A DNA stretch of 64,000 bases from Eledone cirrhosa (taxonomy: Eukaryota): positions 21,700,001 through 21,764,000 of the forward strand of contig OZ024766.1 of NCBI GenBank assembly GCA_964016885.1, in the 5' to 3' direction. The notes under the pieces are model-generated. The model ran no database searches. It was not told the DNA's origin and saw nothing but the letters and a program-made list of their open reading frames with translations. The translations under genes and the position numbers were made by a program. Every line of letters begins with the position of its first letter. Within the stretch, counting starts at the first letter, position 1. Below are positions 41,144 through 55,369 of the stretch, piece by piece.

Positions 41144-42855
41144 AAGAACCTTTGTTAAGTTATGTTCCATTTGAAATATGGTAATGAAAGGGTTAAAGTG
41201 TTTATATTTATCTTAAAAATTACGATGGAAGGTTTTTAGATAAATATAAACACTTTAGCCCTTTCATTACCATATTTCTAATGGAACATAACTTAACAAA
41301 GGAGGTTATTACATAAATATAAACACTTTAACCCTTTCATTACCATATTTCTAATGGGACATAGCTTAACAAAGGTTCTTACATAAATATAAACACTTTA
41401 ACCCTTTCATTACCAAATTTCTAATGGAACATAACTTAACAAAGGTTCTTACATAAAATTATGATGGAAGGTTTTTAGATAAATATAAACACATTAACCC
41501 TTCCATTACCATATTTCTAATGGAACATAACTTAATACAGGTTCTTACATAAAATTATGGTGGATGGTTTTTAGATAAAAAATAAATTTGGAAAAAAAAA
41601 AAAAATTTCATTTTTCAAGGGAGATAATTATGATAATTTGTATAAGAAACACGAGTTATTTACCTTGCCTTGTATATTTTATTTCTGGTTAAGCACGGCT
41701 GGATGGGCGTGGAAACGTAACCTCGCTACCCCGGGGACACGGGCAGGCCCCCTTATGATCCCTGTGGCGATATAGAAGGCAGAAAACGCTGGTCTGGGAG
41801 GATAATGGAGTAGACGGGTGGAAATGATAATTTTAACTGGCGGAATCTTGCTCTAAAACGGGTGGCAACTCCACCCAGTAGCAACAGTGGACTATGGAGA
41901 TATTTATGTCGACCCGGTACGTTAGAAGTCTTCCTAACTATAGTTCTCTCTCTCTCTCACACCTTTGTTAAGTTATGTTCCATTAGAAATATGGTAATGA
42001 AAGGGTTAAAGTGTTTATATTTATGTAAGAACCTTTGTTGAGTTATGTTCCACTAGAAATATGGTAATGAAAGGGTTAAAGTGTTTATATTTATGTAATA
42101 ACCTCCTCTGTTAAGTTATGTTCCACTAGAAATATGGTAATGAAAGGGTTAAAGTGTTATATTTATCTAAGAACCTTTGTTAAGCTATGTTCCATTAGAA
42201 ATATGGTAATGAAAGGGTTAAAGTGTTTATATTTATGTAATAACCTCCTTTGTTAAGTTATGTTCCATTAGAAATATGGTAATGAAAGGGTTAAAGTGTT
42301 TATATTTATGTAATAACCTCCTTTGTTAAGTTATGTTCCATTAGAAATATGGTAATGAAAGGGTTAAAGTGTTTATATTTATGTAAGAACCTTTGTTAAG
42401 TTATGTTCCATGAGAAATATGGTGATGAAAGGGTTAAAGTGTTTATATTTATGTAAGAACCTTTGTTGAGTTATGTTCCATTAGAAATATGGTAATGAAA
42501 GGGTTAAAGTGTTTATATTTATCTAAAAACCTTCCACTATAATTTTATGTAAGAACCTTTGTTAAGCTATGTCCCATGAGAAATATGGTGATGAAAGGGT
42601 TAAAGTGTTTATATTTATGTAAGAACCTTTGTTGAGTTATGTTCCATTAGAAATATGGTAATGAAAGGGTTAAAGTGTTTATATTTATCTAAAAACCTTC
42701 CACTATAATTTTATGTAAGAACCTTTGTTAAGTTATGTCCCATGAGAAATATGGTGATGAAAGGGTTAAAGTGTTTATATTTATGTAAGAACCTTTGTTA
42801 AGTTATGTTCCATTAGAAATATGGTAATGAAAGGGTTAAAGTGTTTATATTTATC
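41144..42855. mobile_element. Fold-back structure of tandemly amplified piggyBac-like termini (TTAA-CCCTTTCATTACCATATTTC, ~61-bp unit) around a unique core
   Basis: Forward copies at 41240-41560 (~4); reverse copies at 41144-41210 (1) and 41961-42855 (~13). Confidence 0.7.
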
Positions 42856-43842
42856 CACCACCACCACTAACATGTTTATATATATGAACTAGGAGTGTCA
42901 GTAAACAAGTGTGTATATATATATATATACACACTCACACACGCGTATAAATATATATATACACTCACACACTCACACACATATATATATACACACACAT
43001 ATATATATATACACACATACACATATATATATATGTGTGTGTATGTGTGTGTGTCTGTGTCTAAGAGACAACTAGACAGTGTGTGTATGTATATGTGTGT
43101 GTATGTGTGTATGTGTGTATGAGAGAGTTTCCTACTGTCTTAGTCAGACAGTGTGTGTATAACAGTACTACTATGCAATATATTATATATTGCATATATA
43201 TAATATATTATATAGTATATATTATATAATATATATATATATATATTATATATTATATTATATTTTATATATATATATATTATATATTATATTATATTTT
43301 ATATATATATATTATATATTTTATATATATATATTATATATTATATATATATATATTATATATATATTATATATATTATATATATTATATATTATAATAT
43401 ATATTATATTATATTTTATATATATATATATTATATATTATATTATATTTTATATATATATATATTATATATTATATATATATATTTTATATATATATAT
43501 TATATATTATATATATATATTATATATTATATATTATATATATATATTATATATATTATATACTATAATATAATATATATATTATATTATATTTTATATA
43601 TATATATATCATATATTATATATATTATATGATATAATATATATATATATATATGATATAATATATATAGTATATATACAATATATATTATATAATATAT
43701 ATATACACACAATATATATATATATATATATATATTAATATATATGTATATATACACACAATACAATATATATTATATATAATATAATATATATATATAC
43801 ACACACACATAATACAATATATATATATATATATATATATAT

Positions 43843-43949
43843 GAACGAGTAGGACCCCGACGGCAGAGCTCAAGCCGTTTCGACGGCTAATTCCGTCCAG
43901 AATTAGCCGTTGAAACGGCTTGAGCTCTGCCGTCAGGTCCTACTCGTTC
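43843..43949. ncRNA. Palindrome made of two 3'-half hammerheads (no CUGANGA)
   Basis: GAAA-CGGC ttgagctct GCCG-TC^ at 43912-43934 plus its inverted copy; GUC triplet; palindromic gagctc loop. Confidence 0.5.
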
Positions 43950-44042
43950 CTATTACCCACTCTACTACCCTAAGTATTGAGTACTTTAGTGCGTTATGGT
44001 CCATCTGGTTCCTTACCACATTTCCTTCGTTATATATATATA

Positions 44043-44650
44043 TGGTGGCTGCCAACTCGTTTTCGAGTACAGCCACTACTTTATATCCATGTAGGAGAAC
44101 CCCTACCGATGCGCTGCACGAGTGTGACTTTTTAGTCCAGCCAGCGACTTGAAAACTCTGGTACAAACACTGCACTTGTGACAATTACTGACACATAGTG
44201 CTGGGCCCATGGTACCATGTGACGACAAGTGCAGAGAGATCTCCAGATATAAAGCAATGCCTGTGCCGTGAAGCTTTTATAGTGAGCAAAGGCACTGCAC
44301 AAAGCCAGTCCCACTCTCTTAACCAAGATGATATTTACCAAAAAGAAGAACAAGTCAACATCATTGGATACCATCAGGGTTTCAGGTGTTATATCAGAGT
44401 TTTCCTTCTCCTAGAATTCTGCCTTGACAAAGGCTAAGGGGTCATCTCTCCCAGTGATTTTGGATGGCCATTGATTCTTAAGAGCTCCTTTGCCCTTTGA
44501 CAGGTTTTGTTTTTAGTCCTGCAGGATGTCCAAAGTCACCCTCCTCACCAAGAAACCTTGGTGGGGTTGCCAGTTTAGTCGCCAACGACCCGACCATGAG
44601 ACATGTTGTACTGGGATACATGTTACCAGTAGCACCAACTGGTGACCTGA
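44043..44650 (-). mobile_element. Internally deleted RTE-like LINE in (TA)n, with a C-terminal C2H2-like knuckle
   Basis: Minus strand CHKCSVCTRVFKSLAGLKSHTRAAHR*, then 3' hairpin ggctgtactcgaaaacgagttggcagcc and (TA)n. Confidence 0.7.
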
Positions 44651-45182
44651 CACATATATATATATATATACATACATACAAATCAATATATATAATACAA
44701 TATATATATATATATATATATATACATACATACAAATCAATATATATAATACAATATATATATATATATATATATACATACATACAAATCAATATATATA
44801 ATACAATATATATATATATATATATATACATACATACAAATCAATATATATAATACAATATATATATATATATACAATATGTTGAAACGGTAACACACTA
44901 GGGAGATATAATAATAATAATGAAATTATTGTGTACAGTGCTCAGGTGCACTACAACTCATCAAAGGTGCATGTATAGTACATAGAATAATGTACAAATG
45001 TCAGGAAAATAAACAGTGTATGAGTCATGATATAATAACAATAACGAAATATTGTGTACAGTGCTCAGGTGCACTACAACTCATATACATTACAATACAA
45101 TACATATAATGTATATATATATATATACATTATATATATATATATATATACATTATATATATACATTACAATACATATAATG

Positions 45183-45312
<130 letters not shown>

Positions 45313-45407
45313 TATATATATATATATATACATTATATATATACATTACAATACAATACATATATATATATATACATTATATACATTACAATACAATACA
45401 TATAATG

Positions 45408-45442
<35 letters not shown>

Positions 45443-45748
45443 TACATTAATTATATACAATACAATACAATACAATATATATATATACATATATACAATA
45501 TATACAATACAATATATATATATACATATATACAATATATACAATACAATATATATATATACATATATTCCTTGCAACATCAGTAGGAGCTAAACAACAC
45601 AATGGTACAACACTCTATTATATTAACCCCAATACATAACTGGTACCTTATATACAACTCACACCTCACGCCCCACGCAATGATTATTATTTTTAACAAT
45701 TGAACGTGTTTTAAATATCCAAGGTAAGTGCAGCTGTCTCTTAGATTA

Positions 45749-46570
45749 GCCCAGTGTATTACTGGTACTTTATTTTACTGACCCCGTAATAACTGTTTCT
45801 ACTTTTGGGGGGGGGGCACAAGGCCAGCAATTACCCCAGTGTATTACTGGTACTTTATTTTACTGACTCCGTAAGAAATGTTTCTACTTTAGGGGGCACA
45901 AGGCCAGCAATTACTCCAGTGTATCACTGGTACTTTGTTTTACCGACCCCCGTAATAACTGTTTCTACTTTGGGGGGGCACAAGGCCAGCAATTACTCCA
46001 GTGTATTACTGGTACTTTATTTTACCGACCCCGTAATAACTGTTTCTACTGTTGGGGGGGGGCACAAGGCCAGCAATTACCCCAGTGTATTACTGGTACT
46101 TTATTTTACTGACCCCCGTAATAACTGTTTCTACTTTGGGGGGGGGGGGGGGGCACAAGGCCAGCAATTACCCCAGTGTATTACTGGTACTTTATTTTAC
46201 TGACCCCGTAAGAAATGTTTCTACTTTAGGGGGGGCACAAGGCCAGCAATTACCCCAGTGTATTACTGCTACTTTATTTTACCGACCCCGTAATAACTGT
46301 TTCTCGTTTTATGGGGGCACAAGGCCAGCAATTACCCCAGTGTATCACTGGTACTTTGTTTTACCGACCCCCGTAATAACTGTTTCTACTTTGGGGGGGC
46401 ACAAGGCCAGCAATTACCCCAGTGTATTACTGGTACTTTATTTTACTGACCCCGTAAGAAATGTTTCTACTGTTGGGGGGGCACAAGGCCAGCAATTACC
46501 CCAGTGTATCACTGGTACTTTATTTTACCGACCCCTGGCAATGATAAAAGGCAGAGCTAACCTCGGCGCG
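45749..46570 (-). repeat. Tandem array (~85-bp unit, ~9 copies) of the SINE 3' part
   Basis: gcacaaggccagcaattaccccagtgtattactggtactttattttac(t/c)gacccc repeated; matches SINEs at 8537 and 20150. Confidence 0.85.
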
Positions 46571-47718
46571 ACAATCGGCCCCAGGACGGCAATGCTTTGT
46601 TGAGGACGCGAGAGCTCTCTATCAAATCAACCCCCAGTACATTACTGGTACTTTATTTTACCGACCCATTCCCGCATGGAAGGATGAAAGAGCACGTGGG
46701 ACCTCTTAACGAAAGTGACACTAAATATCTAGTGTGTTGCTCCACCGATTTTGTGAATATAATGTGCACCACTCCCTGCCTTCACTTCCCAGTTAAACAA
46801 TACAATTACTAGATTATTATATTAGCTAACTACATCCCTGTCTGATAAGAGATATATATGTATATATGTATATATGTATGTATGTATATATGTATATATG
46901 TATGTATATATGTATGTATATATGTATGTATATATACATGTGTTTGTGTGTTTCTATATATATATATGTATGTATATATGTATATATGTATATATGTATA
47001 TATGTATATATGTATGTATGTATATATGTATATATGTATGTATATATGTATATATGTATGTATGTATGTATATATGTATATATGTATATATGTATGTATG
47101 TATATATGTATATATGTATATATGTATATATGTATGTATGTATATATGTATATATGTATATATGTATGTATATATGTATATATGTATATATGTATATATG
47201 TATATATGTATATATGTATGTATGTATGTATGTATATATGTATATATGTATATATGTATGTATATATGTATATATGTATATATGTATATATGTATATATG
47301 TATATATGTATGTATGTATATATGTATATATGTATATATGTATGTATATATGTATGTATGTATATATGTATATATGTATGTATATATGTATGTATATATG
47401 TATGTATGTATATATGTATATATGTATGTATATATGTATGTATATATGTATGTATATATACATGTGTTTGTGTGTTTCTATATTTATATATATATGTATG
47501 TATGTATGTATATATGTTTATATATATATATGTATGTGTATATACATGTGTTTGTGTGTTTATATATTTATATATATATGTCTGTGTATATATACATGTG
47601 TTTGTGTGTTTATATGTTTATATATTTATATATATATGTATGTATGTATGTATATATGTTTATATGTATATATACATGTGTTTGTGTGTTTATATATATG
47701 TATATATGTATGTATGTT

Positions 47719-47753
<35 letters not shown>

Positions 47754-48135
47754 GTGTTTATATATATATATATGTATGTATATAAATATATCTATATATG
47801 TCTGTGTATATATATGTATATATATATGTATATATATATATATATATACACAGACATATATAGATATATTTATATACATACATATATATATAAACACATG
47901 TATATATACATATATATATATAGATATATATATAAACATACACATATATATATATAAACACACAAACACATGTATATATACATATAAACATATATACATA
48001 CATACATACATATATATATAAATATATAAACATATAAACACACAAACACATGTATATATACACAGACATATATATATAAATATATAAACACACAAACACA
48101 TGTATATACACATACATATATATATATAAACATAT

Positions 48136-48168
<33 letters not shown>

Positions 48169-48775
48169 TAAACACACAAACACATGTATATATACACAGA
48201 CATATATATATATAAATATATAGACACACAAACACATGTATATACACATACATATATATATATAAACATATATACATACATACATACATATATATATAAA
48301 CACACAAACACATGTATATACACATACATATATATATATAAACATATATACATACATACATAATATATATATATATATAAACACACAAACACATGTATAT
48401 ATACACATACATATATATATATAAACATATATACATACATACATACATATATATATAAACACACAAACACATGTATATATACACATACATATATATATAT
48501 AAACATATATACATACATACATACATATATATATAAACACACAAACACATGTATATATACACATACATATATATATATAAACATATATACATACATACAC
48601 ATATATATAAATATATAAACACACAAACACATGTATATATATACACATATATATATATATAAACATACATATATATGCACACAAACATACAAACACACAC
48701 ACATATAGATACACATTTTACACAATCTTCCTGGATATATAAAGTAAACTGACATACATACATACGTATATATAT

Positions 48776-48844
<69 letters not shown>

Positions 48845-48937
48845 AAACAAAACAAACGACAGGAAGTTAAGTTTCATTAGGTTCACGCTTGGAATAAACA
48901 AACACAACACACAGCTAAAAATTTGTGTATATATATG

Positions 48938-49002
<65 letters not shown>

Positions 49003-49094
49003 CACTACAGTCCACTTATTCCTGATTTTGTAATTTGATATATATATATATATATATATATACACTGCCACACACATATATATATATATAGAGA

Positions 49095-49156
<62 letters not shown>

Positions 49157-49229
49157 TATAGACATGCATATATACATATCATCATCTTCGTTTTACGGGC
49201 ATCTTACACGCTAACATGGGTTAGACGAG

Positions 49230-49268
<39 letters not shown>

Positions 49269-49343
49269 CACATATATATATATATATATATACATACATA
49301 TATATATATATACATACATACATATATATATATATACATACGT

Positions 49344-49412
<69 letters not shown>

Positions 49413-49612
49413 CATACACATATACATATATATATATATATACATACATATACATACATATATATATATATACATACATATACATATATACATATATATA
49501 CATATACATACATATATATACATACATACATATATATATATATATACATACATATATATACATATACACATATATATACATATATATATACATACATACA
49601 TATATACATACA

Positions 49613-49646
<34 letters not shown>

Positions 49647-49656
49647 CATACATACA

Positions 49657-49688
<32 letters not shown>

Positions 49689-49717
49689 CATACATACATA
49701 CATATATATATACATAT

Positions 49718-49748
<31 letters not shown>

Positions 49749-50282
49749 CATTAACAGCATGGCTGCACAAGGAAGTAAAGAAGAGACCTGTGAACTTAAA
49801 CTACAGTACGTGAACACCGCAAAGATACAGCTCTCTGTAAACATACCTATAGCAACCCCTTTTGAAGTTGCCAAACCCCTACCAGTAAGTACTGCTTTCT
49901 CTGTAAACATACCTATAGCAACCCCTTTTGAAGTTGCCAAACCCCTACCAGTAAGTACTGCTTTCTCTGTCACATTTCTACATTATTCTATCTACTATAC
50001 ATGCACCTTTGATGAGTTGTAGTGCACCTGAGCATTGTATAATTCCTGACGATAATTTTCATTATTTTTAAATTATTATAATTATATATATATATATATA
50101 TGTGTATGTATATGTGTGTATATATAAATATATATATATGTATATGTATATATACATATATATACATACATATATATATATATATATGTATATGTATATA
50201 TACATATATATACATACATATATATACATATATATGTATATGTATATGTAGGTATGTATGTATACATGTGTATATGTGTATG

Positions 50283-50326
<44 letters not shown>

Positions 50327-50422
50327 TAAACACATATATATATATATACACATGTATACATACATACATATACATATTGTATATATATGTATACATACAT
50401 AAACACACATATATATATATAT

Positions 50423-50503
50423 ATGATGGCTGCCCCCTCGTTATCGAGTATGGCCATTGCACAATAAAAAAAAAAAAATAAATAAATAAAATAAAAAAAA
50501 AAA

Positions 50504-50581
<78 letters not shown>

Positions 50582-50752
50582 AATAAATAAAAAAAAAAAA
50601 AAAAAAAAAAAAGATATATATATACACACATATATATACATATATATATATATACACATATATATACACACACACATACATACACATACATATATACACA
50701 CACACATACATACACATACACTCACACATATATACACACATACATTAATAAC

Positions 50753-50795
<43 letters not shown>

Positions 50796-50874
50796 GCAAT
50801 AATAATAATAACGACAACAACAATAATAATATACATATTCATATATATATACACACACACGCACGCACATAAGC

Positions 50875-50912
<38 letters not shown>

Positions 50913-51152
50913 GATAGCAACTAACAGTGCTGCGATCGAATGTGGCTTTTTAGCCCAGCCAATGATCCAAAATGTCTTGCACAGAGTCGGCAACCAAAAC
51001 ATTTACTGGGAATAGTCGGCTGTGGTTGGAGTTCGTGTACTTTTGCATGTCGCTTGAGTCCTCCTGCTGATTTACATTCTCTACCACATGTTTGGCAAGC
51101 ATGATGAGTAGCATCTCCAACAGCAGCCTGGTAGTCAACCACTGGTCTTACT
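50423..51152 (-). mobile_element. RTE-like LINE 3' end with two zinc knuckles, split by microsatellites
   Basis: HACQTCGRECKSAGGLKRHAKVH...CRLCARHFGSLAGLKSHIRSQH (50921-51152); tail hairpin at 50423-50462 resembles the one at 44043. Confidence 0.7.
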
Positions 51153-51436
51153 TTATGACACATATACACATATACACATACATACATATATACATATATA
51201 CATATATACATATATACACATATATACATACATATATACATACATACATATATACGCCATGTGGTCTCTTCAGATGGTGTTCCGTACAACATTATATTTA
51301 TGGGATAAAATAAAGTACCAGTAATGCACTGGGTAATTTGCTGGCCTTGTGCCTAAAGTAGAAACAATTATATTTATGGGGAAGTCGGAAGGGGAGACAG
51401 AAAGACCCCTTCTCTCTCTCTCTCTCTCTCTCTCCT

Positions 51437-51513
<77 letters not shown>

Positions 51514-51668
51514 CTTTAGCTCCCTTTTTAGGGAGTGGATAAGATTAAATAATGCCCGGAAGTAGGGTCAGGGGGGGTTGGGTGTGTGGAGGATGGGGGG
51601 GCTCCTAACACCTTTGTGTGTGTGTGTGTGTGTGCGTGTGTGTGCATGTGCATGTGTGTGTGCATGTG

Positions 51669-51709
<41 letters not shown>

Positions 51710-51938
51710 ATGTGTGTGTATGTGTGTGTGTGTGTGTGTATTTATGTGTATGTATGTGTATGTATTTCTCTGTGTGTGTGTGTGTGTGTGTGTACGTCTG
51801 TGTATGTGTGTGTGTGTCTCTCTGTGTATGTGTATGTGTGTGTCTCTGTGTGTGTGTATGTGTATATGTATGTGTGTATGTATTGAACTCACAACCTTTC
51901 GATTGCAAGCCCAATGCTCTAACCACTAAGCCATGTGC

Positions 51939-51970
<32 letters not shown>

Positions 51971-51972
<2 letters not shown>

Positions 51973-52002
51973 TAGCAGCAGTACCCAGCGTTGCCTGGGT
52001 AC
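51971..52002 (-). mobile_element. Helitron-like 3' terminus
   Basis: Minus strand hairpin gtacccag-gcaacg-ctgggtac, then tgctgCTAGt; a similar end lies at 62239-62268. Confidence 0.6.
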
Positions 52003-52995
52003 GTAAAATAATATCTGCTTTGATGAAAAGGTGTTGATCTTAGTGACTGCTTCTCGATGACTCATCTATGGCCACATGCAGGGAAGGGTAGGGGAGGGTG
52101 GGGATGACCTCTATCACTGAGAGACACGGGTCACTGATGAAGGGGCATACACACTCTTATATATATATACACACATATATATATATATATACACACACAC
52201 ACATATATATACACACATATATACACACATATATACATGCACACACATACATATATACACATATATATATATATATATATACACGCACACACACATATAT
52301 ACACACATATATACACACATATATACACACATATATACATGCACACACACACATATATACACATATATATATATATATACACGCACACACACATATATAC
52401 ACACATATATATACACATATATACACACACACATATATATATACACACACACACACACATATATACATGCACACACACACACATATATACACACATATAT
52501 ATATATACACACACACACACATATATATACACACACACATATATATATACACACACACACATATATACATGCACACACACACATATATACACACATATAT
52601 ATATATACACACACACACACATATATATACACACACACACATATATATATATACACACACATATATACACACACACATATATACACACACACATATATAT
52701 ATATACACACACATATATATATACATGCACACACATATATACACATATATATATATACACACACACACATATATACATACATATATATACACATACACAC
52801 ACACACACACACATATATATACACATACACATATAAACAAACCAATGTACTCAGTTTTTCTCTTGTTTTCAAATGAGCAGGTGATGAGACCGAATCTATT
52901 GTTTTACAATTACATCTATATCCATATAAGGGCCCAGGTATGTCCTCACTAAGTTATAAGCATGAAGAATATCCTTCCTCCCTTCTCTTCCTGAA

Positions 52996-53027
<32 letters not shown>

Positions 53028-53029
53028 CG

Positions 53030-53096
53030 TCCGTCATCTAGGGAAGCAACTCTACCACCCTTTCAGAAATTATTTGGAATCTAAAGCAAAATAGAT
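53030..53096 (+). mobile_element. Possible Penelope-like GIY-YIG endonuclease remnant
   Basis: RHL...NSTTLSEIIWNLKQN resembles the FR....NST.LS.YIW.LK segment of PLE endonucleases; short, with a frameshift. Confidence 0.4.
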
Positions 53097-53207
53097 TTTT
53101 CTTTCTTGTTTGTTTTTCTTACTCTTGCGTCCTATTTACAGTAATAACCAGGCATTGCAATAGCTTGGAGTTCATTGACCCCTAGTTCTTTAACCCTTAA
53201 CACAATC

Positions 53208-53665
53208 TAGTCATAGTGTTGTTTTGTACTAAATGTTTATAGTATCTTTACTGGTGGACAGATTGTTGTGAATATTTACAGTATTACAGTAAAGACTTTA
53301 ATATTTAATGTGATGTAGTCATAGTGTTGTTTTGTACTAAATGTTTATAGTATCTTTACTGGTGGACAGATTGTTGTGAATATTTACAGTATTACAGTAA
53401 AGACTTTAATATTTAATGTGATGTAGTCATAGTGTTGTTTTGTACTAAATGTTTATAGTATCTTTACTGGTGGACAGATTGTTGTGAATATTTACAGTAT
53501 TACAGTAAAGACTTTAATATTTAATGTGATGTAGTCATAGTGTTGTTTTGTACTAAATGTTTATAGTATCTTTACTGGTGGACAGATTGTTGTGAATATT
53601 TACAGTATTACAGTAAAGACTTTAATATTTAATGTGATGTAGTCATAGTGTTGTTTTCTACTAAA
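53208..53665. repeat. 108-bp tandem repeat x ~4.2; the same unit occurs in PRPSAP intron 6 (27149-27360)
   Basis: tagtcatagtgttg at 53208, 53316, 53424, 53532 and 53640. Confidence 0.92.
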
Positions 53666-53994
53666 TTAAGTTGATATGAGGGACAAAAATTCTTTCAACG
53701 TTGTGCCCAAGCATGGCCACTCTCTAATGATTGAAACCAGTCAAAGTATAAAAGAATGAAAGTCTTTCTGGAAAGAATAGAGATAGAAAGAAAGGAAGAA
53801 GTTTAAAGACAGGAGAGTCATAGCGCTCCATTATGAATTCTTTGATGAAAATCATATCAATGTTAAGTATACCCTAACAATTTTCACCCGAAATATAGTT
53901 GTTTCCCGGTATTCATGGGGGTTTCATTACTAGAGCACCTGTGAAGAGTGGAAGACCCCAAATATTGGACGTGGTCCATAAAAATGCCTATCTT

Positions 53995-54726
53995 TAGGGC
54001 GGGTAAAATTCCCGAGATCCATGGACGAGTTCTCTCCAGCGGTCTCTGTCCCTCATTATCGCTGCCATGTCCTGCGTCTCCAACAGACCAGTGTCTGTCC
54101 TTAGGGCATCAACATATGTTGACCTCGGTCTCCCTCTTCCAGTGTGTCTGTGTAGGGGGCTCCCATCCCACAGGAGCACTGAGTGCAGTGTCAACTCTGG
54201 ATGTCGGTGACCATGTCCAGTTAACATCAGTCTCCTCTGTGTCACTTTCGAGCTGACTTTTGGGAGGCTCCCGTACAGCTCTGAGTTTTTCATCCTCAGT
54301 GTATACTGATTAATGTTCAGAGCCATCCTCAGCTTTCTCGTGTAGCACCCATCCACCATCTGAGAGAGAGTTTCTTGGCCAGTGTCCAAGTCTCAGACCC
54401 GTACAGCAGCACAGACTCCACTACAGCAACGAGCCATCCTCAGCATTCTCGTGTAGCACCCATCCACCATCTGAGAGAGAGTTTCTTGGTCAGTGTCCAA
54501 GTCTCAGACCCGTACAGCAGCACAGACTCCACTACAGCAACGAGCCATCCTCAGCATTCTCGTGTAGCACCCATCCACCATCTGAGTGAGTTTCTTGGCC
54601 AGTGTCCAAGTCTCAGACCCATACAGCAGCACAGATTCCACTACAACAACGAGCCATCCTCAGCATTCTCATGTAGCACCCATCCACCATCTGAGAGAGA
54701 GTTTCTTGGTCAGTGTCCAAGTCTCA
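53995..54726 (-). mobile_element. RTE LINE 3' portion with an internal ~118-bp tandem triplication
   Basis: ESVLLYGSETW...VDGCYTRKLRMAL...RGRPRSTYVDAL. Confidence 0.85.
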
Positions 54727-55369
54727 AAATATAACGTAAAATATAATAAAAAAAGAGGGAGCTTATTATGTGAAGGGGTGTCCAATAGACCAGCAAATAT
54801 GGTATATTGTTATTAATAATTTAACTTCAGAAAAATCACACAAGATATTCATGGATCCGCGAATATACGGGGGTTTCCATGAACAATTATTAGTTAGGTT
54901 CTAAGGAAAATTTCGCAAATAACCGGGACCGCAAATAACCGGGACTGCAAATGCCGTGATCTGGAATGCCGGGGAGTACACTGTATATCTTTATCTAACT
55001 TTTACTAAATCCAAACTAACTACTGACTACCCGACAACTAATATTTACAAATTCACTAACTACAGAAATTAACCCTTGAAATTTTAATGGCTGCTGAAAT
55101 TTCAAGCTGCCTTGCATCAACTCTGATGTTTTTCAAACTTTCCTTCTGTGGATTCTCGACCCTTCTCCAGGGTTTGCTCTGTTTTCATTTCATTTTTTTA
55201 CAGGGCCAACCCCACTCTCTGAACATAGAAGGTATTTGCCCCCCAAAAAGAAGAACTGTTCTACATCATTGGGTACAAATAAAGTGACAGGTTTTATATC
55301 AGAGTGACCTTCACCTAGGATATGATAAAGATCCCATAACTATGTGTGGAGTTCTAGAAGCATCCTTAT

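Noticed and set aside
41690-41800. HDV-like ribozyme at putative LINE 5' ends (gta-acctcgc-tac; also 44520-44650 minus)
   Set aside because: I could not build the nested double pseudoknot (P1, P1.1, P2) by eye; a descriptor search would be needed
50921-51152. Two C2H2-like fingers as a second zinc-finger gene
   Set aside because: No TGEKP linkers or exon context; matches the LINE C-terminal knuckle and tail also seen at 44043-44200
52130-52160. CTGATGA followed by a weak hairpin
   Set aside because: No GAAA or helix III; the sequence runs into (TA)n
53893-54986. pogo/Tigger-like MITE ends (tatagttgtttcccggtattc ... gaatgccggggagtacactgta)
   Set aside because: Terminal repeats too diverged to support a call
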